Part shown: piece by piece, positions 34,978 through 44,705 of the stretch
Layout: the number at the start of each line of letters is the position of its first letter
Position numbering within the stretch: the stretch's first letter is position 1
Origin: Bacteroidales bacterium
GTDB taxonomy: Bacteria > Bacteroidota > Bacteroidia > Bacteroidales > UBA932
Reading direction: 5' to 3'
DNA: 64,000 nucleotides
Assembly: GCA_031549685.1 (NCBI GenBank)
Contig: JAVBPG010000042.1
Location: 3,826-67,825, forward strand
Position numbers and translations under genes: made by a program
The notes under the pieces: generated by a model
Databases searched by the model: none
Told to the model about the DNA's origin: nothing
The model's input: the letters and a program-made list of their open reading frames with translations, nothing else

Positions 34978-37900
34978 ATGCAGCTACTATTTTCTCGCCC
35001 GAAAGTTGCCCTCATGGCGCTTTTGCTAACGCTCTCCACATCGCTTGCAGCCCAGACTGTGCGCGACATGAACGAGGCCTCCGAAACCTACCGCAGAGCA
35101 ATGGAGCTTTACCAAAAAAAAATGTACGGGTTGGCTCAAGTTGAGTTTGAGCGCGCCATTGATAAAAGTGCACATCCTCTCAGCGATGATTTTTGCATTG
35201 GCGCCGAGTACTACATTTTGGAGTGCGCCTACGAGCAGTGGAACCCCAGCACCGAGGGGTTCATACTTGCGTTTATTGAAAAGCATCTGCAGAGCGCACG
35301 GGTAAACGATGCGTATAGCCTGCTCGGGAGGCTGTACTACCGCGAGGGCAGCTACGCCAAGGCGGCGGCGGCATTTGATAAAGTTGAGACGCGCACGCTT
35401 GCCGGCAGCGATTTTCAGGAGCACATGTTCAAAAAGGCGTACAGCCTGTTTGTGCTGCACGACTACGATAAAGCCTCGCCGCTGTTCTCGCTGGTAAAGG
35501 ACGGCAGCAGCAAGTACGCCCCCGCCGCCACCTACTACTACTCGCACATAGCCTACGAGCAGCAGCGGTTTTCGGTTGCCCTGAAGGGCTTTGAAAGCCT
35601 GCGCGGCGACGAAACCTTTGCCAAGCTGGTGCCCTACTACATCCTTCACATATACCACTACCAAAAAAATTACGACAAGGTAGTGGAGGAGGGCGTGGCG
35701 CTCATGGACCACGTTACGGGTAAGCGCCTGCCCGAGGTGGCGCGCCTGATAGGCGAGGCCTACTACTACAAAAAGCAGTACGCCGAAGCGCTTCCCTACA
35801 TCGAAAAGTACGCCGAAACAACCTTGGCGCTCACGCGCAACGATAAGTATTTGCTGGGCTACGTATACTACCAGAATAAGAAGTACGACAAGGCCATAGC
35901 CACCTTTGACCAGATAACCGTGGGGCGCGATTCGCTGGCGCAAAGCGCCTACTACTACCTGGCCGATGCCTACCTGCAGCAGGGCGATAAGCAAAATGCG
36001 GGGCGCGCTTTTCTGCAAGCCTCAAAAATGGATTTCTTTCCCGAAATAAAGGAGGACGCCCTGTTCAGCTACGCCAAGCTGATGTTCGAAATGAACAGCG
36101 GCCCCTTCAACGATGCCATCGACGCGCTCAACATGTACCTTGCAGCGTACCCCAACTCGCGCCGCACCGATGAAATAAACAAGTGCCTGATGCAGGCCTA
36201 CGTTTACTCCAAAAACTACAAAGCTGCGCTGGCCTCGCTGCAGGCCATAGGTAAGCCCGATGCCGATGTGCTGGCCGCCATGCAAAAGGTGGCCTACTAC
36301 CGCGGCGTGGAGCTGTTCCAAAACCAAAGCTACGCCGAGGCTATAAAAATGTTCGACCTCTCGCTCAAGTACGCTGCCTACAACCCCACCACAGCGGCCT
36401 ATGCCACCTACTGGAAGGGCGAGGCGTCTTACCGTTTGGGCAGCTACGCGCAGGCACAAAACCTGTTCAACGACTTTGTGCTGTCGGCCGGCATTTCGCA
36501 AACCGATGAGTACAAGATGGCGCACTACAGCCTTGGCTACAGCCTGTTTCAGCAGCACCAGTACGCCGCCGCTGCGGGCTGGTTCCGCAAGTACATAAGC
36601 CTTGCGGGCGCTACGCCCACAGCCATACTGTGCGATGCCTACAACCGCGTAGGCGATTGCAACTTTATGCAGCACGGCTACAACGAGGCCATTGAAAGCT
36701 ACAAAAAGGTGATGGCCTACAACATTGTGGATGCCGACTACGCCGCGTTTCAGAGCGGTATATGCTACGGCCTGCTGGGCGATCAGCATAAAAAGGTGGA
36801 GCAAATGGATGTGGTGATTAACGCCCGCCCCGCCTCGCCCTACGTTGATAACGCGCTGTACGAAAAGGGGCGTTGCTACGTGCAAATGCAGCAGTACGAC
36901 CAAGCCATTGCCGTGTACGCCGGCCTGCTGAGCCAGCACAAGGATAGCCCGTTCTACGCCAAATCGCTGATAGAGCTCGGCCTGATACATGTGAACAAGG
37001 GCGACAACGCCCAGGCCATGGACTACTACAAGCGCGTGGTAAAAGAATTTTCGGGAACGGCCGAATCGCGCAGCGCCCTGCTCGGCGTAAAAAATATTTA
37101 CATGGAAATGGGCGATGTGGATGGCTACTTTAAGTACATGTCGGGGGTAAAGAATATGGGCAACGTAAAGGATTCGGAGCGCGACTCGATGACCTTTGCC
37201 GTGGCCGAGTTGGCCTACACGGCCAACGACTGCGGCAAGGCGCTTCCGGCGCTGCAAAAGTATTTGAAGGAGTTTCCCACCGGCGCGTTTTTGGTTGACG
37301 CGCGCTTCTACACGGGCGACTGCCTTTACCGCGACGGCAAGCTGAGCGAGGCGCTACCGCACTTTGCCTTTGTGCTCAACATGCCCAAAAACAGCTACAC
37401 CGAGTCGGCGCTGCTGGGTGCCGCAAGGGCATCGTTTCAGCAGGGCGATAACGCGCAGGCGGCCGACTACTACGAGCGCCTGATCTTGGTGGCCGGTACC
37501 CGCGCCACCGCCCTTGAGGCGCGCGTGGGCAAGCTTCGCGCCGATTACCTGAGGGCGGACTACGCTGCTGTGGTAAACGATGCGGCTACGCTGCTGGCCA
37601 CTGATAACCTGCCGGAGGAGCTGAAGGTGGAGGCGCTGTACAAGCGTGCCAAATCGTACGAGCAGCTGGGCGCAGCGGATAAGGCCAACGAGGATTACCT
37701 GCAGGTGGCAGCCAACGTCAAAACCAAGATGGGCGCCGAAGCGCAGTACAAGGTTATTGAGTACCTGTTCGGCAAGGATGAGCTGGATAAGGTGGAGGAG
37801 GCGGTAATAGGCTTCTCCAAGAGCGGAACGCCGCACCAGTACTGGCTGGCCAAGAGCTTCATTCTGCTGGGCGATGTGTACGTCAAGCGCAACGATGTGT

Positions 37901-38064
37901 TCCAGGCCAAGGCTACCTACGAGAGCATAATGGATGGCTACACCGTAACCAACGATGGCATTTTGGGCGAGGTAACGCAAAAAATGCAGCAGCTTACCAA
38001 CGCCGAGCAGGCAAAGGAAAGCGAGGCTGTGCAGCAGCAAACACCCATGGATGTGGAGCTGTAA
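34978..38064 (+). CDS. Large tetratricopeptide-repeat protein (secreted)
   Basis: The 1028-aa ORF has a signal peptide and many TPR-like A/Y/L-rich repeats. Confidence 0.8.
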   Translation: MQLLFSRPKVALMALLLTLSTSLAAQTVRDMNEASETYRRAMELYQKKMYGLAQVEFERAIDKSAHPLSDDFCIGAEYYILECAYEQWNPSTEGFILAFIEKHLQSARVNDAYSLLGRLYYREGSYAKAAAAFDKVETRTLAGSDFQEHMFKKAYSLFVLHDYDKASPLFSLVKDGSSKYAPAATYYYSHIAYEQQRFSVALKGFESLRGDETFAKLVPYYILHIYHYQKNYDKVVEEGVALMDHVTGKRLPEVARLIGEAYYYKKQYAEALPYIEKYAETTLALTRNDKYLLGYVYYQNKKYDKAIATFDQITVGRDSLAQSAYYYLADAYLQQGDKQNAGRAFLQASKMDFFPEIKEDALFSYAKLMFEMNSGPFNDAIDALNMYLAAYPNSRRTDEINKCLMQAYVYSKNYKAALASLQAIGKPDADVLAAMQKVAYYRGVELFQNQSYAEAIKMFDLSLKYAAYNPTTAAYATYWKGEASYRLGSYAQAQNLFNDFVLSAGISQTDEYKMAHYSLGYSLFQQHQYAAAAGWFRKYISLAGATPTAILCDAYNRVGDCNFMQHGYNEAIESYKKVMAYNIVDADYAAFQSGICYGLLGDQHKKVEQMDVVINARPASPYVDNALYEKGRCYVQMQQYDQAIAVYAGLLSQHKDSPFYAKSLIELGLIHVNKGDNAQAMDYYKRVVKEFSGTAESRSALLGVKNIYMEMGDVDGYFKYMSGVKNMGNVKDSERDSMTFAVAELAYTANDCGKALPALQKYLKEFPTGAFLVDARFYTGDCLYRDGKLSEALPHFAFVLNMPKNSYTESALLGAARASFQQGDNAQAADYYERLILVAGTRATALEARVGKLRADYLRADYAAVVNDAATLLATDNLPEELKVEALYKRAKSYEQLGAADKANEDYLQVAANVKTKMGAEAQYKVIEYLFGKDELDKVEEAVIGFSKSGTPHQYWLAKSFILLGDVYVKRNDVFQAKATYESIMDGYTVTNDGILGEVTQKMQQLTNAEQAKESEAVQQQTPMDVEL

Positions 38065-38118
38065 TTTTTGTCGAGAAAAGGAAGATTTAGAGTAGTAAAA
38101 AAGTATTTTTCACAGCAT

Positions 38119-39801
38119 ATGAAACGAATTATTTTACCCTTGTTGGCCTTGCTTGCAGCATCAACCAAGCTGGCAGCGCAGGACGAGTCGCTGACAAAAA
38201 CGGTGGAGGTGCTGCGCCCCTACGAGCCAACTATCCCCGAGGCATACAAAATAAATCCCATTCCACGTATTGACGATACGGCCAAGGTTACGGCCAAATT
38301 CTCGTACCCACTGCGCCAAAGCAAGCCGCTTACCGAGAGCTACCTTACCACGCCTGTGCCGCCTGCACGGGTGCAGCGTGAGCGCTACAACGATAAGGTT
38401 GAAAATGGCGGATACGTGAGGCTGGGCTTGGGCTACAAGCCTACCACCATGCTCGATTTATACGTTGGAAGCGAGCGCGCAAAAACCTTTGTATGGGATA
38501 TTTACGCCAACCACTACGGCAACTATGGCGATGTGAAAAATGAGGCCAAGGCCAAGGTGCCAACGCTGGATATGCGCAACGAGGTAGGCGCTGTAGGGCA
38601 GTACAACTTTGAGCGCGCGCAGCTGCTGGCCAACGTAGGATTCCACCGCCACGATGTGCGGTTCTACGGCTACGACACCAAGTATTTTACCCTGGATGAC
38701 TATAAAAATCTGTCGAAGGACGCGTCGCGCCAGCACTTCAACCGCAGCTACGCGAGCCTTGAGTACAAGAGCCGCAGCCAGCCCGACACCACGTGGAGCT
38801 TTGGCGGCACGTTTAACTTTTACGATTACCGCAGCCGCCTGCCCAAATCGGAGGATGCGCTGGAGTTTGAGCTATACGCCTACAAGCAGCTGCTGCCAAG
38901 CACCCAGGTCGGCCTAACCGTAAACACCGATGTGTATGTGCGCAACAAGGCGCTTACGCAAAGCAGCAACACCATTGTATCGGTAATACCCGAGCTGCAG
39001 GAGAAGCGCGACTGGTGGCAGGCTACCGCCAAGCTTAACCTCACGTTCGACAACTTTAGCGGAGGCGTGAAAACCTACTTCTACCCCGTGCTCAACTTTA
39101 CAGCACTCCTTACCGACGGCGTTTTTCTTCCGTATGTTGAGGTAAGCGGCGAGCATCAGGCCAACACCTACAATGCGCTTACTACCGAAAACCCCTACCT
39201 CGATCCGCAGAAACCAATGGATATGCGCAATACGCAAAAGGCCCTTGCATTTAGCGGCGGAATAAAGGGGAAAATCGCATCGGTATTCAGCTACAATTTG
39301 GGCTTGAGCTACGCTTTTGTAAACGACATGTACTTTTACGCTACCTCCACCGATACCGCCACCATTGGCAACTACTTCGACGTGCTGTACGACGACATCA
39401 AGCAGCTTTCGTTTGTAGGAAGTGTGCGCTTTCAGCCCTCCCGCGCCTGCGAGCTGGAGTACGCGCTGCGCTACGATTCGTACAACATGGACAAGCTGCC
39501 CGTGGCCTACAACCGTCCATCGTTGAGCATGAAGCTGGAGGCTACCTACAACCTGTGGAATAAGCTCAACATGTACGCCAACGCCGACCTGCGCGGCAGC
39601 TACAAGGCGCGCGATTGGCAGGGCGTGGAGCTGAAGCGTAGCGCTGGCTTCGACCTTAGCCTCGGCGCTGATTACCGGTTCTACAACCGCTCATCAGTGT
39701 TCCTGCAGCTCAACAATATCCTGGGCACCCGCAACCAAATACTGAACAACTATCCCACCTACAGGTTTAATGTGCTGGTGGGGTACACCTGTGTGTTTTA
39801 G
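38119..39801 (+). CDS. Putative outer-membrane beta-barrel protein
   Basis: It has the signal peptide MKRIILPLLALLAASTKLAAQ, alternating aromatic beta-strand patterns and a C-terminal …VLVGYTCVF. It is probably co-transcribed with the TPR gene. Confidence 0.6.
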   Translation: MKRIILPLLALLAASTKLAAQDESLTKTVEVLRPYEPTIPEAYKINPIPRIDDTAKVTAKFSYPLRQSKPLTESYLTTPVPPARVQRERYNDKVENGGYVRLGLGYKPTTMLDLYVGSERAKTFVWDIYANHYGNYGDVKNEAKAKVPTLDMRNEVGAVGQYNFERAQLLANVGFHRHDVRFYGYDTKYFTLDDYKNLSKDASRQHFNRSYASLEYKSRSQPDTTWSFGGTFNFYDYRSRLPKSEDALEFELYAYKQLLPSTQVGLTVNTDVYVRNKALTQSSNTIVSVIPELQEKRDWWQATAKLNLTFDNFSGGVKTYFYPVLNFTALLTDGVFLPYVEVSGEHQANTYNALTTENPYLDPQKPMDMRNTQKALAFSGGIKGKIASVFSYNLGLSYAFVNDMYFYATSTDTATIGNYFDVLYDDIKQLSFVGSVRFQPSRACELEYALRYDSYNMDKLPVAYNRPSLSMKLEATYNLWNKLNMYANADLRGSYKARDWQGVELKRSAGFDLSLGADYRFYNRSSVFLQLNNILGTRNQILNNYPTYRFNVLVGYTCVF

Positions 39802-39859
39802 CCGCAGCTCAATTAAGCCTGCACTAAGCCCGGCTTTTTGGCAAGTTGCAAATGAAAAC

Positions 39860-39899
39860 AAAATCAGCCACTCGCATTTAACTGCAAGTGGCTGATTTT
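39860..39899. terminator. Bidirectional intrinsic terminator
   Basis: The 13-bp perfect stem is aaaatcagccact / agtggctgatttt. Confidence 0.8.
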
Positions 39900-39906
39900 C
39901 ATTTAG

Positions 39907-39980
39907 TCGGGGTGGCCGGATTCGAACCGACGACCTCCTGCTCCCAAAGCAGGCGCGATACCGGGCTACGCTACACCCCG
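39907..39980 (-). tRNA. tRNA-Pro (anticodon TGG)
   Basis: The 74-nt cloverleaf has the acceptor pair CGGGGTG/CACCCCG, an anticodon stem CCTGC/GCAGG with loop TTTGGGA, and a T-arm GTCGGTTCGAATCCGGC. Confidence 0.9.
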
Positions 39981-39990
39981 AAAAGGTGCA

Positions 39991-39998
39991 CAAAGGTA
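39991..39998 (-). promoter_or_regulatory. Candidate -7 box TACCTTTG for tRNA-Pro
   Basis: It matches TAnnTTTG 10 nt upstream of the tRNA 5' end. Confidence 0.5.
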
Positions 39999-40046
39999 GC
40001 ACTTTTTTTCAAATACAAAATCGTGGTGCACAACTTTTACGCTGCA

Positions 40047-40079
40047 ATAAAAAAGGAGCGGGATTTGTTGTCCCGCTCC
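40047..40079 (-). terminator. Intrinsic terminator (minus strand) after the small ORF
   Basis: The stem ggagcggga / tcccgctcc is followed on the minus strand by tttttt. Confidence 0.7.
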
Positions 40080-40089
40080 GAAAAAGTTG

Positions 40090-40173
40090 CTACTTCTTGC
40101 CCGCCTTTTTGCTGTCCTTTTTAGGCTCGGCAGCCTTGCTACCGGTCGCTTTCTTGCCACATCCGCATGCCAT
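40090..40173 (-). CDS. Candidate small protein, 27 aa (MACGCGKKATGSKAAEPKKDSKKAGKK)
   Basis: The ATG-to-TAG ORF is below the track cutoff. It has its own downstream terminator and Lys/Ala-rich composition like the neighbouring gene. No homology evidence is available. Confidence 0.3.
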   Translation of the reverse strand: MACGCGKKATGSKAAEPKKDSKKAGKK

Positions 40174-40445
40174 GGTGTTAATTTTTTGTTAAGGTTGGTT
40201 TCCAGTATTACAGCCCGAAACCTTTGCTGTTTTTTAGCCGCTGTTTACATTTAGAAATCAAAAAGCATTTAATCCCGCAGGGCGGGAGAGACACAGAGAG
40301 TACAACAGAAAAAACTCTCCTGCCTTGCAGTGCAAGCGACAACTCGTTAATATACAAAGTGCTAAAATGGTGCAGAGAAAAACCGAAGCAAATGTATGCT
40401 TCTAAATGTTCTCTGTGGCTCCGAGGTTAAAGTTTAAACGGCTTC

Positions 40446-41570
40446 TTAAAGTCCGGTGTCATCCTCGTCGTCCTCATCCTCCTCATCCTCGCTGCTGCGA
40501 CGTTTTTTCGGCTTTTCCTCCTCTTCGTCGTCCTCTGCTGCAATTTCGTCGTCGCCGCTGGCCGGGGTATCAATGATGATGTCGTCGTCGTCGTCCTTTG
40601 AGCGCGCATCAATTTTTACATCCACCTTAATGAGGTAGGTGGCGTTCTCGGTATCGAGCATGATGGCGTAAAAGAAGTCGGTTTCGCTCTTGTTGATTTT
40701 CATCACGTAGTCGCTCCAGCCAAAGGGGTACTTTTGCTTGAGCAGCTCCAGCAGCTCGGGCGACAGGTTTTTGTAGCTAACCACCACGCGGCGCTTGCCG
40801 GTGCCCACGGTTACACGGGGTAAGCTGCTCTTTGCCTCCTCCTGTGGCGGTTGCGGCGCAGCCTTGGGTTGGGGTTTTACCTCCTCTTTTTTAGCAGCCT
40901 TGGGTTGGAGGGCCGGTTGTACCTTGACCGGCTTTTCAGCCGCTTTTCCGGGTGCCTTCTTGGGTGGCGGTGGGGCAACTACTTTTTTACTTACTTCGGC
41001 AGCGGGCTTGGTAGTTTTTGCCGGAGCAGCTACTTTTTTGCTTGCTGCTACCTTGGAACTTTCTTTTTTTAGCGCTGTATTTTTGGTCGGGGCAATTGCC
41101 TTCTTTACGGGTGCAACTTTCTTTGCAGGTGTACTCTTCTTCACGGGAACCATAGCTTTTTTAGCGGCTGCCTTTTTTACGGGTGCAACCACTTTTTTAA
41201 CGAGAGCCTTTTTTAAAGGCTTAATAATTTTGACTACTTTTTTTACGGGTGTGGCCGTTTTTTTTACCGCCACCTTTTTGGCGGGTGCCAGGGCTTTCTT
41301 GGCTACCACCTTTTTTACGGGTACCGCCTTTTTGCTTACCACTTTTTTGGCCGGAGCTGCTACCTTTTTAGCGATAACTTTCTTGGCAGCCGCCTTTTTT
41401 GCGGGCACCAACTTTTTGGCCGCAACTTTTTTTGCGGCCACCGCAACCTTTCTGGCTACGGGCTTAGCTGCGCTTTTTTTTGCCGGCGCTGCTTTTATCG
41501 CTTTCTTGGGCGCAACTTTAGCTGCCTTCTTGGCGGGGGCTTTAGCTGCCGTTTTTTTCTTCACAGCCAT
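40446..41570 (-). CDS. Histone H1-like Lys/Ala-rich protein with a globular C-terminal domain and an acidic tail
   Basis: The first ~230 aa are (A/V/P)KK-type repeats. These are followed by …VVSYKNLSPELLELLKQKYPFGWSDYVMKINK…YLIKVDVKID and a D/E-rich C-terminus. Confidence 0.7.
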   Translation of the reverse strand: MAVKKKTAAKAPAKKAAKVAPKKAIKAAPAKKSAAKPVARKVAVAAKKVAAKKLVPAKKAAAKKVIAKKVAAPAKKVVSKKAVPVKKVVAKKALAPAKKVAVKKTATPVKKVVKIIKPLKKALVKKVVAPVKKAAAKKAMVPVKKSTPAKKVAPVKKAIAPTKNTALKKESSKVAASKKVAAPAKTTKPAAEVSKKVVAPPPPKKAPGKAAEKPVKVQPALQPKAAKKEEVKPQPKAAPQPPQEEAKSSLPRVTVGTGKRRVVVSYKNLSPELLELLKQKYPFGWSDYVMKINKSETDFFYAIMLDTENATYLIKVDVKIDARSKDDDDDIIIDTPASGDDEIAAEDDEEEEKPKKRRSSEDEEDEDDEDDTGL

Positions 41571-41777
41571 AACGTTTGAGTTTTAAGGCGTGCCGTTTTA
41601 GGGGGCACCAAATGATGTGCAATAATACGCTATTTTTCTATTTGCTTACAAATGATTTTTTATTAAAAAATGCAAAACGGAAAAGAATTTGGCGTCAATG
41701 CGCCTTGATTTAGTTTGTAATATGCTGATTTGTTTGATATTGTGATTTATTAGATGGTTGATATTTTTCTTGGCAAG

Positions 41778-42482
41778 TTAGCATGGCTGGTGGCCATGCC
41801 CGGGCGATTCGTCCAGCAGGTCGGGGCGGAGGCGGGCGGTGCGCTCGAGCGCCTGCTCCTCGCTCCACCTTTCAATCTCCTTAAAGTTACCCGACAGCAG
41901 CACCTCGGGCACCTTCCAGCCGTTGAACTCCGCGGGGCGCGTGTACACAGGCGCCGACAGCAGGTTGTCCTGAAACGAGTCGCTTAGCGCCGAAGTTTCG
42001 TCGGAGATGGCGCCGGGCAGTAGCCGCACCACGCTATCGACCACCACCGCGGCGGCCAGCTCGCCGCCCGAAAGCACGTAGTCGCCCACCGAAATTTCGC
42101 GCGTAACCAGGTGCTCGCGCACGCGGTGGTCAACTCCCTTGTAGTGGCCGCACAAAATGATGATGTTGTTAAGTGTTGATAAGTTATTGGCTATTAGTTG
42201 GTTATGCTGATCTCCGTCGGGTGTCATAAAAATAACCTCGTCGTACTCGCGCTCCGACTTCAGCCGGTTGACGAGGTTGAAGATGGGCTCCACCTTCATT
42301 ACCATGCCGGCGCTTCCGCCAAAAGGGTAGTCGTCCACCGTGCGGTGCTTGTCGGTGGTGTAGTCGCGAATGTTGTGCACGTGAATCTCGACTACGCCCT
42401 TGGCCCGCGCCCTTTTGATGATGGAGTGCGCAAAGGGGCTGTCGAGCAGCTCGGGCAAAACGGTAAGTATATCGATACGCAT
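41778..42482 (-). CDS. trmD: tRNA (guanine37-N1)-methyltransferase
   Basis: [11 protein letters not shown]…[10 protein letters not shown]…[13 protein letters not shown] are typical TrmD motifs. Confidence 0.95.
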   Translation of the reverse strand: MRIDILTVLPELLDSPFAHSIIKRARAKGVVEIHVHNIRDYTTDKHRTVDDYPFGGSAGMVMKVEPIFNLVNRLKSEREYDEVIFMTPDGDQHNQLIANNLSTLNNIIILCGHYKGVDHRVREHLVTREISVGDYVLSGGELAAAVVVDSVVRLLPGAISDETSALSDSFQDNLLSAPVYTRPAEFNGWKVPEVLLSGNFKEIERWSEEQALERTARLRPDLLDESPGHGHQPC

Positions 42483-42499
42483 GGCAGCTGATGGCTGGG

Positions 42500-42540
42500 G
42501 ATTAGTGAAGAGTGGCGAGTGATTAGTGATTAGTAGTCAG
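42500..42540 (+). repeat. Heptamer array of the GATTAGT family
   Basis: The units are gattagt gaagagt ggcgagt gattagt gattagt agtcag. Confidence 0.75.
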
Positions 42541-42567
42541 CCACGAGTTGCATTTTATGATTATTTA

Positions 42568-42588
42568 CTGGTCGCTGGTCGCTGGTTA
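42568..42588 (+). repeat. Heptamer array (CTGGTCG) x3
   Basis: The sequence is ctggtcgctggtcgctggtta. Confidence 0.7.
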
Positions 42589-42722
42589 CTTCTTCCAAAT
42601 TTCTCCGGCAAACGTACTTCAACTTTATAAATTACGCAAGCTTTTTACAAAAAAATCGTGCGTTACGGACAAAAACGCTATATTTGCAAGTTTCTGTTAG
42701 GTACGAAACCCATTTTAAAGTT

Positions 42723-44612
42723 ATGGAACCCCAAGAATTAAAAAACGAAGAGCAAGAGAATAGGGAAGTCAACGAGCAGCCGATGCAAGAGCCGGTTGAT
42801 TTTTCGGATGAAGATTCGCAGCTGGCGGCTGCCGAGCTGAGCATTGACGAAAACGAGGCCATTGACGATGCCGACGCCGATGCGCCTGCGGCACCCACAG
42901 CCGCCGCCTACGATGGGCACGACCGCGCGTCGCTGCTCGACGTCCTGGCGCAGCTGCTGGCGCAAAAGCCTGTGCAGGAGCTCAAGGGCGAGGTCGAGGC
43001 CATTAAGGTGGCGTTTTATAAAAAGTTTTCGCAGGAGCGCGAGGCCTTGCTCAGCAAGTTTGTGGAGGAGGGCGGCGACCGCGAGGCCTTTACCGTGCCC
43101 GAGGACGGCCTGGAGCTGCAGCTCAAGGAGCTGTTTGCGCAGTACAAAAAAATGCGCGCCGAGCTGACCGCAAAAATCGAAAAGGAGCGCGAGGACAACC
43201 TGCTCAAAAAGCAGGCCATTATAGGCGAGCTGCAGCTGCTGCTCGAGCGCCAGGATGACTTCAACAAGGTGTTCAACGAGTTCAAAGACCTGCAGGCGCG
43301 CTGGCGCGCCGCAGGCGCCGTGCCGCCCACCAAGCAAAAGGAGCTGTGGGATGTGTACAACTACAACGTAGAGAAATTTTACGATGTGGTAAAAATAAAC
43401 CGCGAGCTGCGCGAGCTGGACTTTAAGAAAAACTTTGAGCTCAAGCAGCTGCTGTGCGAAAAGGCCGAGGAGCTGCTGCTGGAGCCCGATGTGGTAACCG
43501 CCTTCCGCAAGCTGCAAAAGTACCACGAGCAGTGGCGCGACGTGGGGCCGGTGGCTACCGAGTTTCGCGAGTCGCTGTGGGAGCGCTTCAAAAACGCCAC
43601 CTCACAAATCAACAAAAAGCACCAGGACTACTTTGAGCAGCAAAAGGCCGAGCAGCTCAGGAACCTTGAGCTAAAGCAGGTGCTGTGCGAAAAGGCCGAG
43701 GAAATAGCCGGTGCCACCGTAACCACCATAAAGGAGTGGAACGAGAAAACCGCCGAGCTGCTGGAACTGCAAAAAATGTGGAAAGCGGTGGGTGCCGTTT
43801 CCCGCAAGGACAGCCTCAAGGTATTTCAGGCCTTCCGCAAGTCGTGCAACACGTTCTTCGATGCCCGCCGCGAATACTTTAAGGAGCAAAAGGCGGAGTA
43901 CACGCACAACCTGCAGCAAAAGCTCGAGCTGTGCGCCCAGGCCGAATCGCTGTCGGAGAGCAGCGAGTGGAAGAAAACCGCCGACGAGCTGATAAAGCTG
44001 CAGGCGCGCTGGAAGGAAATTGGCCCCGTGCCCCACAAGCAGTCCGACATGGTGTGGAGGCGCTTCCGCGCAGCCTGCAACAAGTTTTTCGATAGGAAAA
44101 AAGCGCATTTCTCAACGCAGGATGCCGCCTACGACGAGAATCTGAAGAAGAAGGAGGAGCTGATAGTCGAGATCAAGGGCTTTGTATCGGTCGAGAACCC
44201 GAGCGAAAACCTTGCCGCCATTAAGGCCTTCCAGCAGCGCTGGGTGGAGATTGGCTTTGTGCCCATGAAGGCAAAGGAGCGCGTGCAGAACGAGTACCGC
44301 ACGGCCATTGATGCGCTGTTCAACGCGCTGCACGTAAGCGATGCCGAGCGTCAGCTGATGAGCTTTAAGACGCGCGTGGCAAGCGCCGTCAAGGGCGATA
44401 AGCGCCAGCTCTCGAGCGAGCGCGAAAAGCTCATTCAGCAGGTAAAGCGACTGGAGGCCGACATTCAGCTGTGGGAAAACAACATCGGTTTTTTTGCCAA
44501 GTCAAAGAACGCCGATAAGTTGATTCAGGATGTGAAAAACAACATTGAAAAGGCACGCCGCGAGGTAGCGGTGGTGCTCGAAAAAATTAAACTTTTAGAA
44601 AATAACGAGTAA
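42723..44612 (+). CDS. DUF349 domain-containing protein
   Basis: It has repeated units of about 75 aa with the W..G.V…LW.RF pattern. I chose the start at MEPQELK. Confidence 0.85.
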   Translation: MEPQELKNEEQENREVNEQPMQEPVDFSDEDSQLAAAELSIDENEAIDDADADAPAAPTAAAYDGHDRASLLDVLAQLLAQKPVQELKGEVEAIKVAFYKKFSQEREALLSKFVEEGGDREAFTVPEDGLELQLKELFAQYKKMRAELTAKIEKEREDNLLKKQAIIGELQLLLERQDDFNKVFNEFKDLQARWRAAGAVPPTKQKELWDVYNYNVEKFYDVVKINRELRELDFKKNFELKQLLCEKAEELLLEPDVVTAFRKLQKYHEQWRDVGPVATEFRESLWERFKNATSQINKKHQDYFEQQKAEQLRNLELKQVLCEKAEEIAGATVTTIKEWNEKTAELLELQKMWKAVGAVSRKDSLKVFQAFRKSCNTFFDARREYFKEQKAEYTHNLQQKLELCAQAESLSESSEWKKTADELIKLQARWKEIGPVPHKQSDMVWRRFRAACNKFFDRKKAHFSTQDAAYDENLKKKEELIVEIKGFVSVENPSENLAAIKAFQQRWVEIGFVPMKAKERVQNEYRTAIDALFNALHVSDAERQLMSFKTRVASAVKGDKRQLSSEREKLIQQVKRLEADIQLWENNIGFFAKSKNADKLIQDVKNNIEKARREVAVVLEKIKLLENNE

Positions 44613-44656
44613 GCTGCGGAGCTTATTATCCCGAACCGGATGCTGAATTTCCCGCA

Positions 44657-44684
44657 GGAGATTGCGGGTCAAGCCCGCAATGAC
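44657..44684 (-). repeat. GTCAT-family hairpin unit (reverse orientation)
   Basis: The sequence is ggagattgcgggtcaagcccgcaatgac. Confidence 0.75.
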
Positions 44685-44705
44685 ACGCTTCATTAAACTT
44701 ATAAC

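Noticed and set aside
34978-39801. TPR protein plus beta-barrel as T9SS PorW/SprE-type components
   Set aside because: The TPR protein has an ordinary signal peptide rather than a lipobox, and I could not recall matching signature sequences. I kept it as a generic TPR/OMP pair.
40795-41586. 263-aa plus-strand ORF (FFTGA… repeats) opposite the H1-like gene
   Set aside because: It is the mirror image of the Lys/Ala repeat coding region. The minus-strand frame continues into a non-repetitive conserved-looking domain and has a proper ATG and a downstream hairpin.
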